Assembly: GCA_964433325.1 (NCBI GenBank)
Contig: CAYSPY010000005.1
Span: forward strand, 15,953-79,952
Direction: 5' to 3'
Length of the DNA stretch: 64,000 nucleotides
Source: an uncultured Candidatus Peribacteria bacterium
GTDB lineage: Bacteria; Patescibacteriota; Gracilibacteria; Peribacterales; Peribacteraceae
Numbering within the stretch: the first letter of the stretch is position 1; every line of letters starts with the position of its first letter. A program made the translations under genes and the position numbers. Below the pieces are notes generated by a model. It did no database searches and had not been told where the DNA came from. It worked only from the letters and a program-made list of their open reading frames with translations. Shown here in pieces: positions 17,252-25,414 of this stretch.

Positions 17252-18379
17252 ATGTTTGAACTCCTTGCCACCACTCCATCGGGCCGACGCGGTCGCATTC
17301 ATACCATGCACGGCGTGATTGAAACACCTGTGTTCTTCCCGGTAGGAACAGCAGGGGCGATGCGTGGGATTCTGCTGGATGATATTAAAACATTGGGGTC
17401 CGATGTACTCCTCTGCAATACGTATCACTTACATCTACAACCAAACGAAGATGTAATCGAAGAAGCAGGAGGTCTGCATAAATTTATCGGATGGGACGGA
17501 CCGATCCTTACCGACTCTGGTGGATTCCAAGTTTTCTCGCTCGAAGGAATTCGAAAGATGCACGAGCATGGCGTGGAGTTCCAATCACACATCGATGGAT
17601 CGAAACATTTCTTGGGCCCAGAAGAAGCCATGCGCATTCAGCACAAACTAGGCAGCGACATCATCATGTGCTTCGACGAGTGCCCACCATCAACCGCGCC
17701 GAGAGCAAAACAAATTGAGGCAGTGGATAGAACACTGCGCTGGGCGAAGGAATGTAAGAATTGGCATGAAGAATTGAAGATGCAGAAGAGTCAGACGAAT
17801 CAGAGGAAAACCTCCTCTACATCTTCATCTTCTGATTCCTCTGAATCCTCTCCGTTACTCTTCGGTATCGTCCAGGGCGGACTTGAACAGGACTTGCGAC
17901 GAAAGTGCGCCGAAGAATTAATTGCTATCGGGTTTGATGGATACGCAGTAGGAGGACTCGCCGTTGGTGAAACAGAAAAAGAAATGTACGACGTGCTCGA
18001 TTATGTGTGCCCAGTACTCCCCGAAGATAAGCCACGCTATTTGATGGGCGTGGGGAAAATTACGCAGCATCGCGAAGCAGTAAAACGCGGCATCGATTTA
18101 TTTGATTGCGTGCTGCCCATGCGCGAAGCACGTCACGGTAAATTATATTTGAGCGATGGAACAGATATCCGCATTCGCAATGCGCAATACACGCACGACC
18201 ATTCCCCTATCGACTTGGGTTCAACTTCGAGTCTCAGCAAAAAACATACGAAGAGTTACCTGAGCCACTTGTTCCGCATTGGTGAGCGCAGTGCCGAAAC
18301 CATCGCCTGCATGCAGAACATGGCAGTGACCTTGGAAGCAATGAAGAAATTACGTGAGGAAATAGAAGCTCATACATAA
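17252..18379 (+). CDS. tgt: Queuine tRNA-ribosyltransferase (tRNA-guanine transglycosylase) with a Ser-rich insertion
   Basis: TPVFFPVGTAGAM, LTDSGGFQVFS, FGIVQGG, GYAVGGLAVGE, YLMGVG and the zinc-site region are collinear with Tgt. Start trimmed to the ATG at 17252. An extra ..KMQKSQTNQRKTSSTSSSSDSSESS.. segment is present. Confidence 0.92.
   Translation: MFELLATTPSGRRGRIHTMHGVIETPVFFPVGTAGAMRGILLDDIKTLGSDVLLCNTYHLHLQPNEDVIEEAGGLHKFIGWDGPILTDSGGFQVFSLEGIRKMHEHGVEFQSHIDGSKHFLGPEEAMRIQHKLGSDIIMCFDECPPSTAPRAKQIEAVDRTLRWAKECKNWHEELKMQKSQTNQRKTSSTSSSSDSSESSPLLFGIVQGGLEQDLRRKCAEELIAIGFDGYAVGGLAVGETEKEMYDVLDYVCPVLPEDKPRYLMGVGKITQHREAVKRGIDLFDCVLPMREARHGKLYLSDGTDIRIRNAQYTHDHSPIDLGSTSSLSKKHTKSYLSHLFRIGERSAETIACMQNMAVTLEAMKKLREEIEAHT
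17776..17851 (+). repeat. Copy of a word-repeat palindromic element lying in frame inside tgt
   Basis: GAAGATGCAGAAGAGTCAGACGAA (17776-17799) matches 55533-55556 at 22/24. TTCCTCTGAATCCTCT (17836-17851) matches 55585-55600 at 16/16. TACATCTTCA is also shared. Confidence 0.6.
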
Positions 18380-18718
18380 AAAAGAGGAGCGCCGGCCACC
18401 GGGGCTCCTCATTATGACTAACATCCTGTCAGTCTGCACCTATCAGCATCTTGCTGATCACTTCTTGCTGGTCCTTGCCAGCGATTAAATAGGACCACCC
18501 TGCTCTGCCAATTGGCAACCGGTTATCGCTCTATACAAAGGAGCGATACCTTCAGGAAGGTATCCACGTATCGCAGTGCATTCTTAGTACTATGCAAAAA
18601 ACTGCGTTTAACGGTTATGCAAAGAACACCGTGATGTTCTGGCACAAAACTGTAGAACGAACGTATACACAAAAAAAGATCGTCTGTACCATTAACAGTA
18701 ACAGTCAATCGAAACCAA

Positions 18719-19033
18719 TTAGGCTTTGATACCCGTGACCTCAATCTCTGTGTAATTCTGTCTGTGACCCAAGAGTCTCATGTAACGCTTGCGGCGGCGC
18801 ATTTTAAAGACGCGGATTTTAGCGTCGCGACCATGCTTGAGCACTTTTACCTCAACAGATGCACCGTCGACTGTTGGGATACCAACAACGACATCACCAC
18901 CATCCTTTGATACCAAGAAAACGTTCGAAAACGTCAACGTAGCGCCTTCCTGAGCATCCTGAAGCTGCACATGAAGCTTGTCCCCAACGGAGACTTTTTC
19001 CTGGAAGCCGGCGATATCAACAATGGCAAACAT
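18719..19033 (-). CDS. rplU: 50S ribosomal protein L21
   Basis: MFAIVDIAGFQEKVSVGDKL...VKVLKHGRDAKIRVFKMRRRKRYMRLLGHRQNYTEIEVTGI is a typical L21. Confidence 0.93.
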   Translation of the reverse strand: MFAIVDIAGFQEKVSVGDKLHVQLQDAQEGATLTFSNVFLVSKDGGDVVVGIPTVDGASVEVKVLKHGRDAKIRVFKMRRRKRYMRLLGHRQNYTEIEVTGIKA

Positions 19034-19484
19034 CAGTAAAACGCGGAAAGCTGGGGGAATCTACAGAAGATCAGGACTCTGCGCAAGCAATTTTAGGCAT
19101 AGTCCTGGCAAATAGGGGAATTTATCGAGACCCCGAAAAACCGCTTCGTCCACTATATATTGGTCATAACAGCAGGTAATGGCCGTCTTCAAAGGCAGAA
19201 CTACCCCCATCTAGGTATGCCTACCGCACATTTCGATGCTCACACCCACCGGCGCACGTTTCTGCCCAAACGATTCCGTTTTATCCGATTACGCCCCGTT
19301 CTCGATATTTCGGACGAAACAGGACTACATCCATCAAGAATTGCCCTGCAACGACATGCCCAAGCGATGAATCACACTACACCCAGAAGGAATGGGGCCG
19401 AAGCACAAGAACTAGCGTGGGCAACTGCAAGGCGCTTATATGGCCATTCGGGCTCCTAAAATACGTATCTCCCACCCGGAGATT

Positions 19485-19513
19485 GAAGGCCCGTACTGAC
19501 GGGCCTTCTTTAT
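19485..19513 (+). terminator. Plus-strand rho-independent terminator with no annotated plus-strand gene upstream
   Basis: GAAGGCCCG-tactga-CGGGCCTTC followed by TTTAT. It lies upstream of the -10 element of the next gene, so it terminates a separate upstream transcript. Confidence 0.6.
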
Positions 19514-19528
19514 AAAATGTCTAAAATA

Positions 19529-19537
19529 TGCTACAAT
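19529..19537 (+). promoter_or_regulatory. Extended -10 element TGCTACAAT
   Basis: Perfect TGnTAnAAT 4 nt before the ATG at 19542 and 19 nt before the ATG at 19557. An identical 9-mer is at 47524-47532. Confidence 0.4.
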
Positions 19538-19541
19538 ACTA

Positions 19542-20921
19542 ATGAAAACACACACCATGTCTCCGCTCAACTTTATCTCCCCTTGGCTTGCCCAGTTAAA
19601 GGACGAACGCCCTCATTTTAAGCTCGAAAAAGACACCGATTGTGATATTGCTGTCGTAGGAGCGGGCATCGCAGGAGTGTCGACGGTGTACCAACTCCTC
19701 AAACATACCGATGCATCCGTTATGCTGATTGATGCCGGACGTATCGCCCACGGTGCTACGGGCCGCAATGCAGGACAAGTTACAAACTGCTTTGAGCGTC
19801 CTTTTGGAAGTATTATCGAGGAATTTGGAGTAGATATGGCACGCGAAGGACACATGGCGGTGGAATCCGCATGGGGGATCCTCAATGATATTCAACAGGA
19901 CTGTGCGCTCACTACCCCACTTTATCGTTGTACGGGGTATACGGGCATCGTGAAACCCCAGGAACTAATCGAGTATTTGGAAGAGCAAAAGATCTACGCA
20001 GATGCTGGGCTTAAACCTGAACCTATTCTTGTCAGTGAAAGCGCGGACATTATGAAAGATATCCCCGCAGAGCTGCATGGACTTGCTACGCTCCTTCCCC
20101 ATTCCATGGTATTAAAAACTCTGGATACGGATGATACTGAATTTATTGCATCCGCAACAGGCCCTATTGGCTGTACCAACAGCGCCCTTTTATGCGAAGA
20201 ACTGGTGATGTGGATGAAAGCACATTTTAAAGATCGCTTAATTGTCGCTGAACATTTGCCTGTCACATCGGTAACTCTTAGTGCAAATAGTGCAGTGCTT
20301 ACAACACAAGGGCCAACTGTGAATGCGAAGCGTGTTGTGCTCTGTACCAATGGATTTGAAAACTTCACGATTAAAAACTTACATGGCCCAGAGATTGATA
20401 CAAGTTTCCACGCAACGGTGCTTGGAAAAATTGCGTATATGACAGGGTACTTGGACGAAGCAGGGCAAGATGCTGCAGCAATCTCCTATAACAACAGCAG
20501 TGATGTTGAGGGCAATCCGTACTACTACCTCACGCGTCGTCCGTTCGAACATTCCAAGCATGGCAGGCGAACACTCCTCTGTATGGGTGGCCCTGAGCGC
20601 GATTTGCCAAATGACGCGATGTATGACCCAAACGTCGATTCACCATCGGACATTACTCATGAGCTCGATTCATTCGTGCGACAAATTTATAATGTGACAC
20701 CCGAAACGTTCGTGCGCACATTCGTATGGCAGGGCCTGATGGGACACACGCCAAATAGGCTCCGCCGTGTCGGATTTGAGCCAAAGAATAATGTGCTGCT
20801 GTATAACCTTGGTTGTAACGGTGTTGGCATTCTCCCATCAATCTATGGTGGCAAGCGCATTATGCAATTAATAAGAGGAGCCAAACTGAAGCCATCAATT
20901 TTTGACCCGATTGACGGGTAA
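19542..20921 (+). CDS. FAD-dependent oxidoreductase (DAO / glycine-D-amino-acid oxidase superfamily)
   Basis: DIAVVGAGIAGVSTVYQL dinucleotide-binding motif at the N-terminus, about 455 aa. Start may be the second ATG at 19557. Confidence 0.8.
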   Translation: MKTHTMSPLNFISPWLAQLKDERPHFKLEKDTDCDIAVVGAGIAGVSTVYQLLKHTDASVMLIDAGRIAHGATGRNAGQVTNCFERPFGSIIEEFGVDMAREGHMAVESAWGILNDIQQDCALTTPLYRCTGYTGIVKPQELIEYLEEQKIYADAGLKPEPILVSESADIMKDIPAELHGLATLLPHSMVLKTLDTDDTEFIASATGPIGCTNSALLCEELVMWMKAHFKDRLIVAEHLPVTSVTLSANSAVLTTQGPTVNAKRVVLCTNGFENFTIKNLHGPEIDTSFHATVLGKIAYMTGYLDEAGQDAAAISYNNSSDVEGNPYYYLTRRPFEHSKHGRRTLLCMGGPERDLPNDAMYDPNVDSPSDITHELDSFVRQIYNVTPETFVRTFVWQGLMGHTPNRLRRVGFEPKNNVLLYNLGCNGVGILPSIYGGKRIMQLIRGAKLKPSIFDPIDG

Positions 20922-20985
20922 TAGGCGAAACTTTTCGACGTAAAATAGCAACGAACCGTTTTCATTCTGCTACGCTCTCTTTCAG

Positions 20986-22350
20986 ATGAAGCTCATCATT
21001 CCATTTTTGAGTATCGCATTGTCACTGTCGCACGTTGCGATACCCATCACCTACGCAAAATCTGAGCCATTCCCCGACATGACCAACTCTTGGTACGCAT
21101 ACCAAGAGGCTGCAGAGGAACTACGCGAACGCGGTGTAATGGAGGGAGACCCAACCGGAAACTTTCGCCCCCGTGACCCTATTAACCGTGCTGAGTTTTT
21201 AAAAATCGTGTTTAAAGGCCGCTCCAGTAATGACCCCGTGAGTGGCGACTGTTTCCCCGACGTCCCTCAGGATGCGTGGTATGCGCCCTACATATGCGCT
21301 GCAGCGCGTCGTGACATTGTGAAGGGCTACCCTGACGGCACATTTAAGCCAGATCAACCCGTGAACTTTGCCGAAGCGATGAAGATGCTCCTACTGGCAT
21401 ATGACGGACATGTAGGAACTACGCGAAAAGGGCAAGAATGGTATGAGCCCTACACGCAAGAATTCGATAAACCGGGCATTCTGCGCCGCAGCAGCTATGT
21501 CCCATGGGAACCGCTCAACCGCGAACGCGCGGCAGACATGCTGCTACGATTTTTAAACTATCAGGAAGACCGTACTATCCCCAACCTTTCGCCTGGTTGT
21601 GGCAAAGCAAAAAGCGATGCAGATACGACTATTTCGGTCGACGGCGTTGATCGCTCTTATTTACTGACAACACCGGCACGTTACGTGATTCACGACCCGT
21701 GGCCGTTAATTGTCGCCTTCCACGGTAGAACGAATTCCAATGAACAAGTGCGAAAATATTTCGGGCTCGATAAAGAAACAGATGAATACTTTATCGCCTA
21801 CCCTGCCGCCATCGCCAAAGACAACGGCACATTCACCTGGTCCGACCCGGGCGACAAACTTTCGACGCTGCACGACGTCGCGTTTTTTGATGCGATTGTG
21901 AAAGAGCTTGGCGATACCTACTGCATCGACCTGAATAGAATTTATACCGTGGGCCACTCACTTGGTGCATGGATGGCTAATAGCGTCGCCTGTGCACGCG
22001 GTGGCGTTGTCCGCGCCTCTGCCACAGTCGGCGGTTCGTCGATGATTGCCCCATGCACAGGCCCAAGCGCAGCAATGATTATGAATAACCCAGCAGACAC
22101 TCTCTCCCCTGCTTCAGGGGCAAAGGCTACGCGTGATCTGCGGATACAGAGCAATAAATGCTCAACTGAAAGCGCCCCCATCGCTCCGCAGTCGCTCCTC
22201 TGCCAAAAATATAGTGAATGCGATGGCGGAAACGATGTGTATTGGTGTCCGCACGAAATCAATTCAGGCCGTAACGGAACCAACTACCCGCACATATGGC
22301 CGGATGGAACGGCAAAGGCGATGGTGGAGTTTTTTGAAAATCTTGAGTAA
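20986..22350 (+). CDS. Secreted SLH-domain protein fused to an alpha/beta-hydrolase (PHB-depolymerase/esterase family) domain
   Basis: Signal peptide, then two SLH-like repeats (FPDMTNSWYAYQEAAEELRERGVMEGDPTGNFRPRDPINRAEF; FPDVPQDAWYAPYICAAARRDIVKGYPDGTFKPDQPVNFAEA). These are followed by PLIVAFHGRTNS and the nucleophile elbow GHSLG. Confidence 0.8.
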   Translation: MKLIIPFLSIALSLSHVAIPITYAKSEPFPDMTNSWYAYQEAAEELRERGVMEGDPTGNFRPRDPINRAEFLKIVFKGRSSNDPVSGDCFPDVPQDAWYAPYICAAARRDIVKGYPDGTFKPDQPVNFAEAMKMLLLAYDGHVGTTRKGQEWYEPYTQEFDKPGILRRSSYVPWEPLNRERAADMLLRFLNYQEDRTIPNLSPGCGKAKSDADTTISVDGVDRSYLLTTPARYVIHDPWPLIVAFHGRTNSNEQVRKYFGLDKETDEYFIAYPAAIAKDNGTFTWSDPGDKLSTLHDVAFFDAIVKELGDTYCIDLNRIYTVGHSLGAWMANSVACARGGVVRASATVGGSSMIAPCTGPSAAMIMNNPADTLSPASGAKATRDLRIQSNKCSTESAPIAPQSLLCQKYSECDGGNDVYWCPHEINSGRNGTNYPHIWPDGTAKAMVEFFENLE

Positions 22351-22540
22351 AAGCTTACTTTTAGCGTGTGTGCCCGTAGTTGCTATTTTAAAGAAATAGA
22401 TCACAATAACACACCGATCTTTCAATCACCTGCGGGCACAAATTTGTGGCTATGGCGCGACGTGGAATGGTTCCATGTTGATATGGTCGTAGACACAAAT
22501 GTTTTGCCTGCCAACCTCGTTCCCCCAAGGAGAACCCAGC

Positions 22541-23287
22541 ATGCAGTCGATTTTTAACGAAGGTCTGATCAGCCTCATTATGGCACTCATGGGTATTGCA
22601 AGCGCCGCTTTCAAAGCCTTCAAATTCGTACAAGAAGGAGAACAGGGCTGTAAGCTCCGCTTCGGAAAAGTCATCCGGAACAAGAAGGGCGAACCGATCA
22701 TCATTCAACCCGGGTTCGCCCTGCTGATCCCATGGGTCGAAACGCTCAAGCGCCGGCATGTCCGACAGCAAACCCAGCGCTTCGATCAACAGGAAATCTT
22801 CATTACCGATGATCTGGTATTCATTGTCAGTGCGATCGTGCGATTTCGAGTCGTGAATATCTACAAAGCACTCTTCGAAGTCGATTATCTCGACAGCAGC
22901 ATCAACGATCGCTGCATGGGCTTGCTCCGAGATATCCTGCAGATGAAGACTCATGTGGACATCCGCGAAACCGAAGCTATTTCCAAGGAACTCCTGACAA
23001 AAATGAAGCAGATGGAAGAGGAATGGGGCGTTGAATTCTTAGACGCGCGTCTCACATCTTGTGCCCCCAGCGAGAACTCAGCTGCGATTCTCGGCGTCAA
23101 ACTGAGTGCAAAGATGCGAACCGAAGCCGCAATCACGGCTGCTAAGCAGATGGAGATCAAGGTAACGGACGCACCCGGCCTGCTCGCAGCCATCGTCGGA
23201 ATTCCGGTGATCACCAACGCGTCGCTGGATCAACAAGTGTTTCATGCGGGCAATGCCAAGGCCGTCGAAACACCCACCGAAGAGTAA
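22541..23287 (+). CDS. SPFH/Band 7 (stomatin-prohibitin-like) membrane protein
   Basis: N-terminal TM, then VQEGEQGCKLRFGKV..IIQPGFALLIPWVETLKRRHVRQQT..ITDDLVFIVSAIVRFRV, typical of SPFH domains. AAGGAGA Shine-Dalgarno 8 nt before the ATG at 22541. Confidence 0.85.
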   Translation: MQSIFNEGLISLIMALMGIASAAFKAFKFVQEGEQGCKLRFGKVIRNKKGEPIIIQPGFALLIPWVETLKRRHVRQQTQRFDQQEIFITDDLVFIVSAIVRFRVVNIYKALFEVDYLDSSINDRCMGLLRDILQMKTHVDIRETEAISKELLTKMKQMEEEWGVEFLDARLTSCAPSENSAAILGVKLSAKMRTEAAITAAKQMEIKVTDAPGLLAAIVGIPVITNASLDQQVFHAGNAKAVETPTEE

Positions 23288-23308
23288 GCAAAGCATTGGA
23301 ACATCCTT

Positions 23309-23343
23309 GGCGACATCGAATCTTCGATGTCGCCACTTTTTTA
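23309..23343 (+). terminator. Rho-independent terminator after the SPFH gene
   Basis: GGCGACATCGA-atct-TCGATGTCGCC followed by ACTTTTTTATT. Confidence 0.7.
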
Positions 23344-23378
23344 TTCTCACTTGTGGTCAGATGCTTCAGAAAAATCTG

Positions 23379-23387
23379 TGATAGAAT
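23379..23387 (+). promoter_or_regulatory. Extended -10 element TGATAGAAT
   Basis: Ends 7 nt before the ATG at 23395 (leaderless layout). Confidence 0.35.
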
Positions 23388-23394
23388 CGAACGT

Positions 23395-23910
23395 ATGAAT
23401 CTTTATTCTCAGAAAGACCCCGCCTATAAGACTCGGACACTCGGCAAAAGCACCTTAAATGTTGAGGGCTATGGCTGTTTTCTTTGTAGCATCGCCACTT
23501 TGTACCAAAAGAGTCCCACAGAATTGCTAGGAGTTACCGAAGCATTCGATGCAGACGGTATTCTTAATTCAGGAATCCTCGCACAATCCTGCGGTGGGTC
23601 CGCAGGTGCAAAAGTAACTGATGCCCCGGAGGGTTGGTGCATTGCACAAACAGATCACTACGCATCAAAAGGTTTCACCCAACATTTTTTCTGTGTGAAT
23701 GTACAAACCAAAGAGCAGATTGATCCTCTCGCATTCCCTGCAGTTATCCAGCCGCTCACATTCGCCATTCAATCGTATCGACCATTTACAAATGTCGCAC
23801 TCAAGTCTGGGGCTGCACCCGAGCCAGCAAAAAAGGCCGATAAACCAGCTGCCCCAAAGAAAGCAGCTGACCGCGCTGCAGATCGAAAGAATAAGAGGCT
23901 TCAGAAGTAA
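23395..23910 (+). CDS. Hypothetical protein, possible papain-fold cysteine peptidase with Lys/Ala/Pro-rich tail
   Basis: YSQKDPAYKTRTLGKSTLNVEGYGCFLCSIATLY resembles the Q..D....G....GC.. nucleophile region of C39-like/CHAP-like hydrolases, and a later His (TDHYASKGFTQHFF) is present. The tail is PEPAKKADKPAAPKKAADRAADRKNKR. Confidence 0.5.
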   Translation: MNLYSQKDPAYKTRTLGKSTLNVEGYGCFLCSIATLYQKSPTELLGVTEAFDADGILNSGILAQSCGGSAGAKVTDAPEGWCIAQTDHYASKGFTQHFFCVNVQTKEQIDPLAFPAVIQPLTFAIQSYRPFTNVALKSGAAPEPAKKADKPAAPKKAADRAADRKNKRLQK

Positions 23911-23937
23911 GATCTAGATTTTACTCCAGATGAATTT

Positions 23938-24567
23938 ATGAACTCAGAACCTCATTTCAAGAATACAGAACAGCTCGAAGAACTCCTTAAAGAAATCCCA
24001 AAACTTGCTCTGAATATAGTGAAAGCAGATGAAGGAAAAATGTATCGACATACGCTTTTAAATCTTGGCATCCTTAATAGGACGTATGAATTAACTGAAA
24101 CTGGAATATGGGCAATTCAAAAAAAGCGGCCTCATACTGGCGCTTCAATGCTCCGCTCTCTCATCGAAACACTGGGACTTGCTCACTATGCTTGGAAACA
24201 AACTAAAAACGACAACAAAAATGAGGTCTTCGAAAAATTACATAAGATGCTTTTTGGATCACGTGAAAAGGGAGCAGAAATTGAAGCAGTTAACATTTTG
24301 ACATGCATTGATGGTGCAACAACGATGTTTCCGCATCTTCGCGAAAGCTACGATCAATGCTCTGAGCTGGTACATCCGAATTCTGGAAGTCTATTCCACT
24401 TCATGAAAGCAAATCCCGAAAAGGGAGAGGGTGCTGTAGAAGTAATAATCCCTTTCTACGATTTTAAGGAAGAAGATGGCGTAAAGTTGTTAAATCAAAT
24501 TGGCGAGTGCTGTCACCATACAATTCGTCTCTGTAAAGAATTATCCGAAAAATTGAGATCCTTATAG
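23938..24567 (+). CDS. Hypothetical helical protein in an AT-rich segment abutting tRNA-Gln
   Basis: 209-aa ORF whose GC is visibly lower (estimated high 30s %) than its neighbours. It ends 7 nt from the 3' end of tRNA-Gln. No family recognised with certainty. Confidence 0.6.
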   Translation: MNSEPHFKNTEQLEELLKEIPKLALNIVKADEGKMYRHTLLNLGILNRTYELTETGIWAIQKKRPHTGASMLRSLIETLGLAHYAWKQTKNDNKNEVFEKLHKMLFGSREKGAEIEAVNILTCIDGATTMFPHLRESYDQCSELVHPNSGSLFHFMKANPEKGEGAVEVIIPFYDFKEEDGVKLLNQIGECCHHTIRLCKELSEKLRSL

Positions 24568-24573
24568 AAAGAA

Positions 24574-24648
24574 TGGCTGGGGAGCATGGATTCGAACCAT
24601 GGAATGGGGGCTTCAAAGGCCCCTGCCTTACCACTTGGCGACTCCCCA
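24574..24648 (-). tRNA. tRNA-Gln (anticodon UUG), CCA encoded
   Basis: Minus strand reads TGGGGAG-TC-GCCAAGTGGTAAGGC-A-GGGGC-CTTTGAA-GCCCC-CATTC-CATGG-TTCGAAT-CCATG-CTCCCCA-G-CCA. Confidence 0.9.
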
Positions 24649-24790
24649 AGGCTGCGCAAAGAGTACGCGAAAAATGGACGAATGCGAAGGTTGTTTTATG
24701 CGTAAATAGTCTATACTGCTTGGCCCAGTGCTATTTTACAGCATCGGCTGATTCAGGTACGAAACCCAAAAACCCGAAAGGACCATTCCC

Positions 24791-25342
24791 ATGACTGCGA
24801 CAATGACCCCGAATGTTTCAACGACGAGCATTGCCGAACCGGACCTGCAAAATGCAATGAACCGCGGAATTGTGCAGCTTGAGGAGCATCTGTTTCAATT
24901 CTGGGACCCTGGCTTGTCTCTTTCCAATCTACTGGCCCTACCGGTCGTACAAGAAGGGGGACTGATTGAGTACTGCAGGATCCCTCTTGAGCAACACGCG
25001 AAATGGACTATGACCGAACGAAAGCCTCAAGAAAGACTTCTGCGCACGCTTGTGCCAGGGTCGCGAAGCTGCACACGGAAAGAGCAAGAGCCCCTGCTCT
25101 TAAACAAAACCCATGCGGGGATCGCAGTAGTAACTACATTCCTCATCCTGGATGCACTATCGACAGGTCAAACGTGCTACATGCACGATAGCTTTGTGCG
25201 GTGTCCGGAGTGCCTCCTCGAAGGAGGTTTCCATACCACCGTCGGCAGAGAGTATGACGGGCCAATCCGACTAGACTTCGCATGGAGCGATCGCTATTAC
25301 CAAGAACTCGGCATCGCGGTGTTGGAAGATCAACCTGAATAA
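24791..25342 (+). CDS. Hypothetical protein (183 aa)
   Basis: The only long ORF in the gap, followed by a terminator. No recognisable motif. Confidence 0.5.
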   Translation: MTATMTPNVSTTSIAEPDLQNAMNRGIVQLEEHLFQFWDPGLSLSNLLALPVVQEGGLIEYCRIPLEQHAKWTMTERKPQERLLRTLVPGSRSCTRKEQEPLLLNKTHAGIAVVTTFLILDALSTGQTCYMHDSFVRCPECLLEGGFHTTVGREYDGPIRLDFAWSDRYYQELGIAVLEDQPE

Positions 25343-25370
25343 GCCAATGCACGACGCAATGGAAACACAC

Positions 25371-25403
25371 GACCTGTTCGCCCTTTGGGAGCAGGTCTTT
25401 TTT
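25371..25403 (+). terminator. Rho-independent terminator
   Basis: GACCTG-ttcgccctttgggag-CAGGTC followed by TTTTTTAT. Confidence 0.55.
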
Positions 25404-25414
25404 ATATATAAAGA

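Noticed and set aside
18523-18744. 73-aa minus-strand ORF downstream of rplU
   Set aside because: It overlaps the rplU stop region, has no start context, and its composition looks non-coding. The region is dominated by hairpins.
19160-19459. 99-aa plus-strand ORF between rplU and the oxidoreductase gene
   Set aside because: It has a TTG start, an Arg/His/Pro-rich composition typical of translated non-coding DNA, and no ribosome-binding site. The region is better explained as RNA or regulatory sequence.
19034-19513. Possible RNase P RNA or tmRNA
   Set aside because: Short matches (CCACCCGGAG, GGCCCGTACTGA, GGAAAGCTGGGGG) occur, but in an order and on strands incompatible with the P4/P15 architecture. 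No tRNA-like 3' end or tag ORF for tmRNA was found. It is kept only as an unidentified ncRNA candidate.
22388-22954. 188-aa minus-strand ORF overlapping the SPFH gene
   Set aside because: The plus-strand frame encodes a clear SPFH/Band 7 domain preceded by an AAGGAGA ribosome-binding site. The minus-strand ORF has no recognisable features and would overlap it almost completely.
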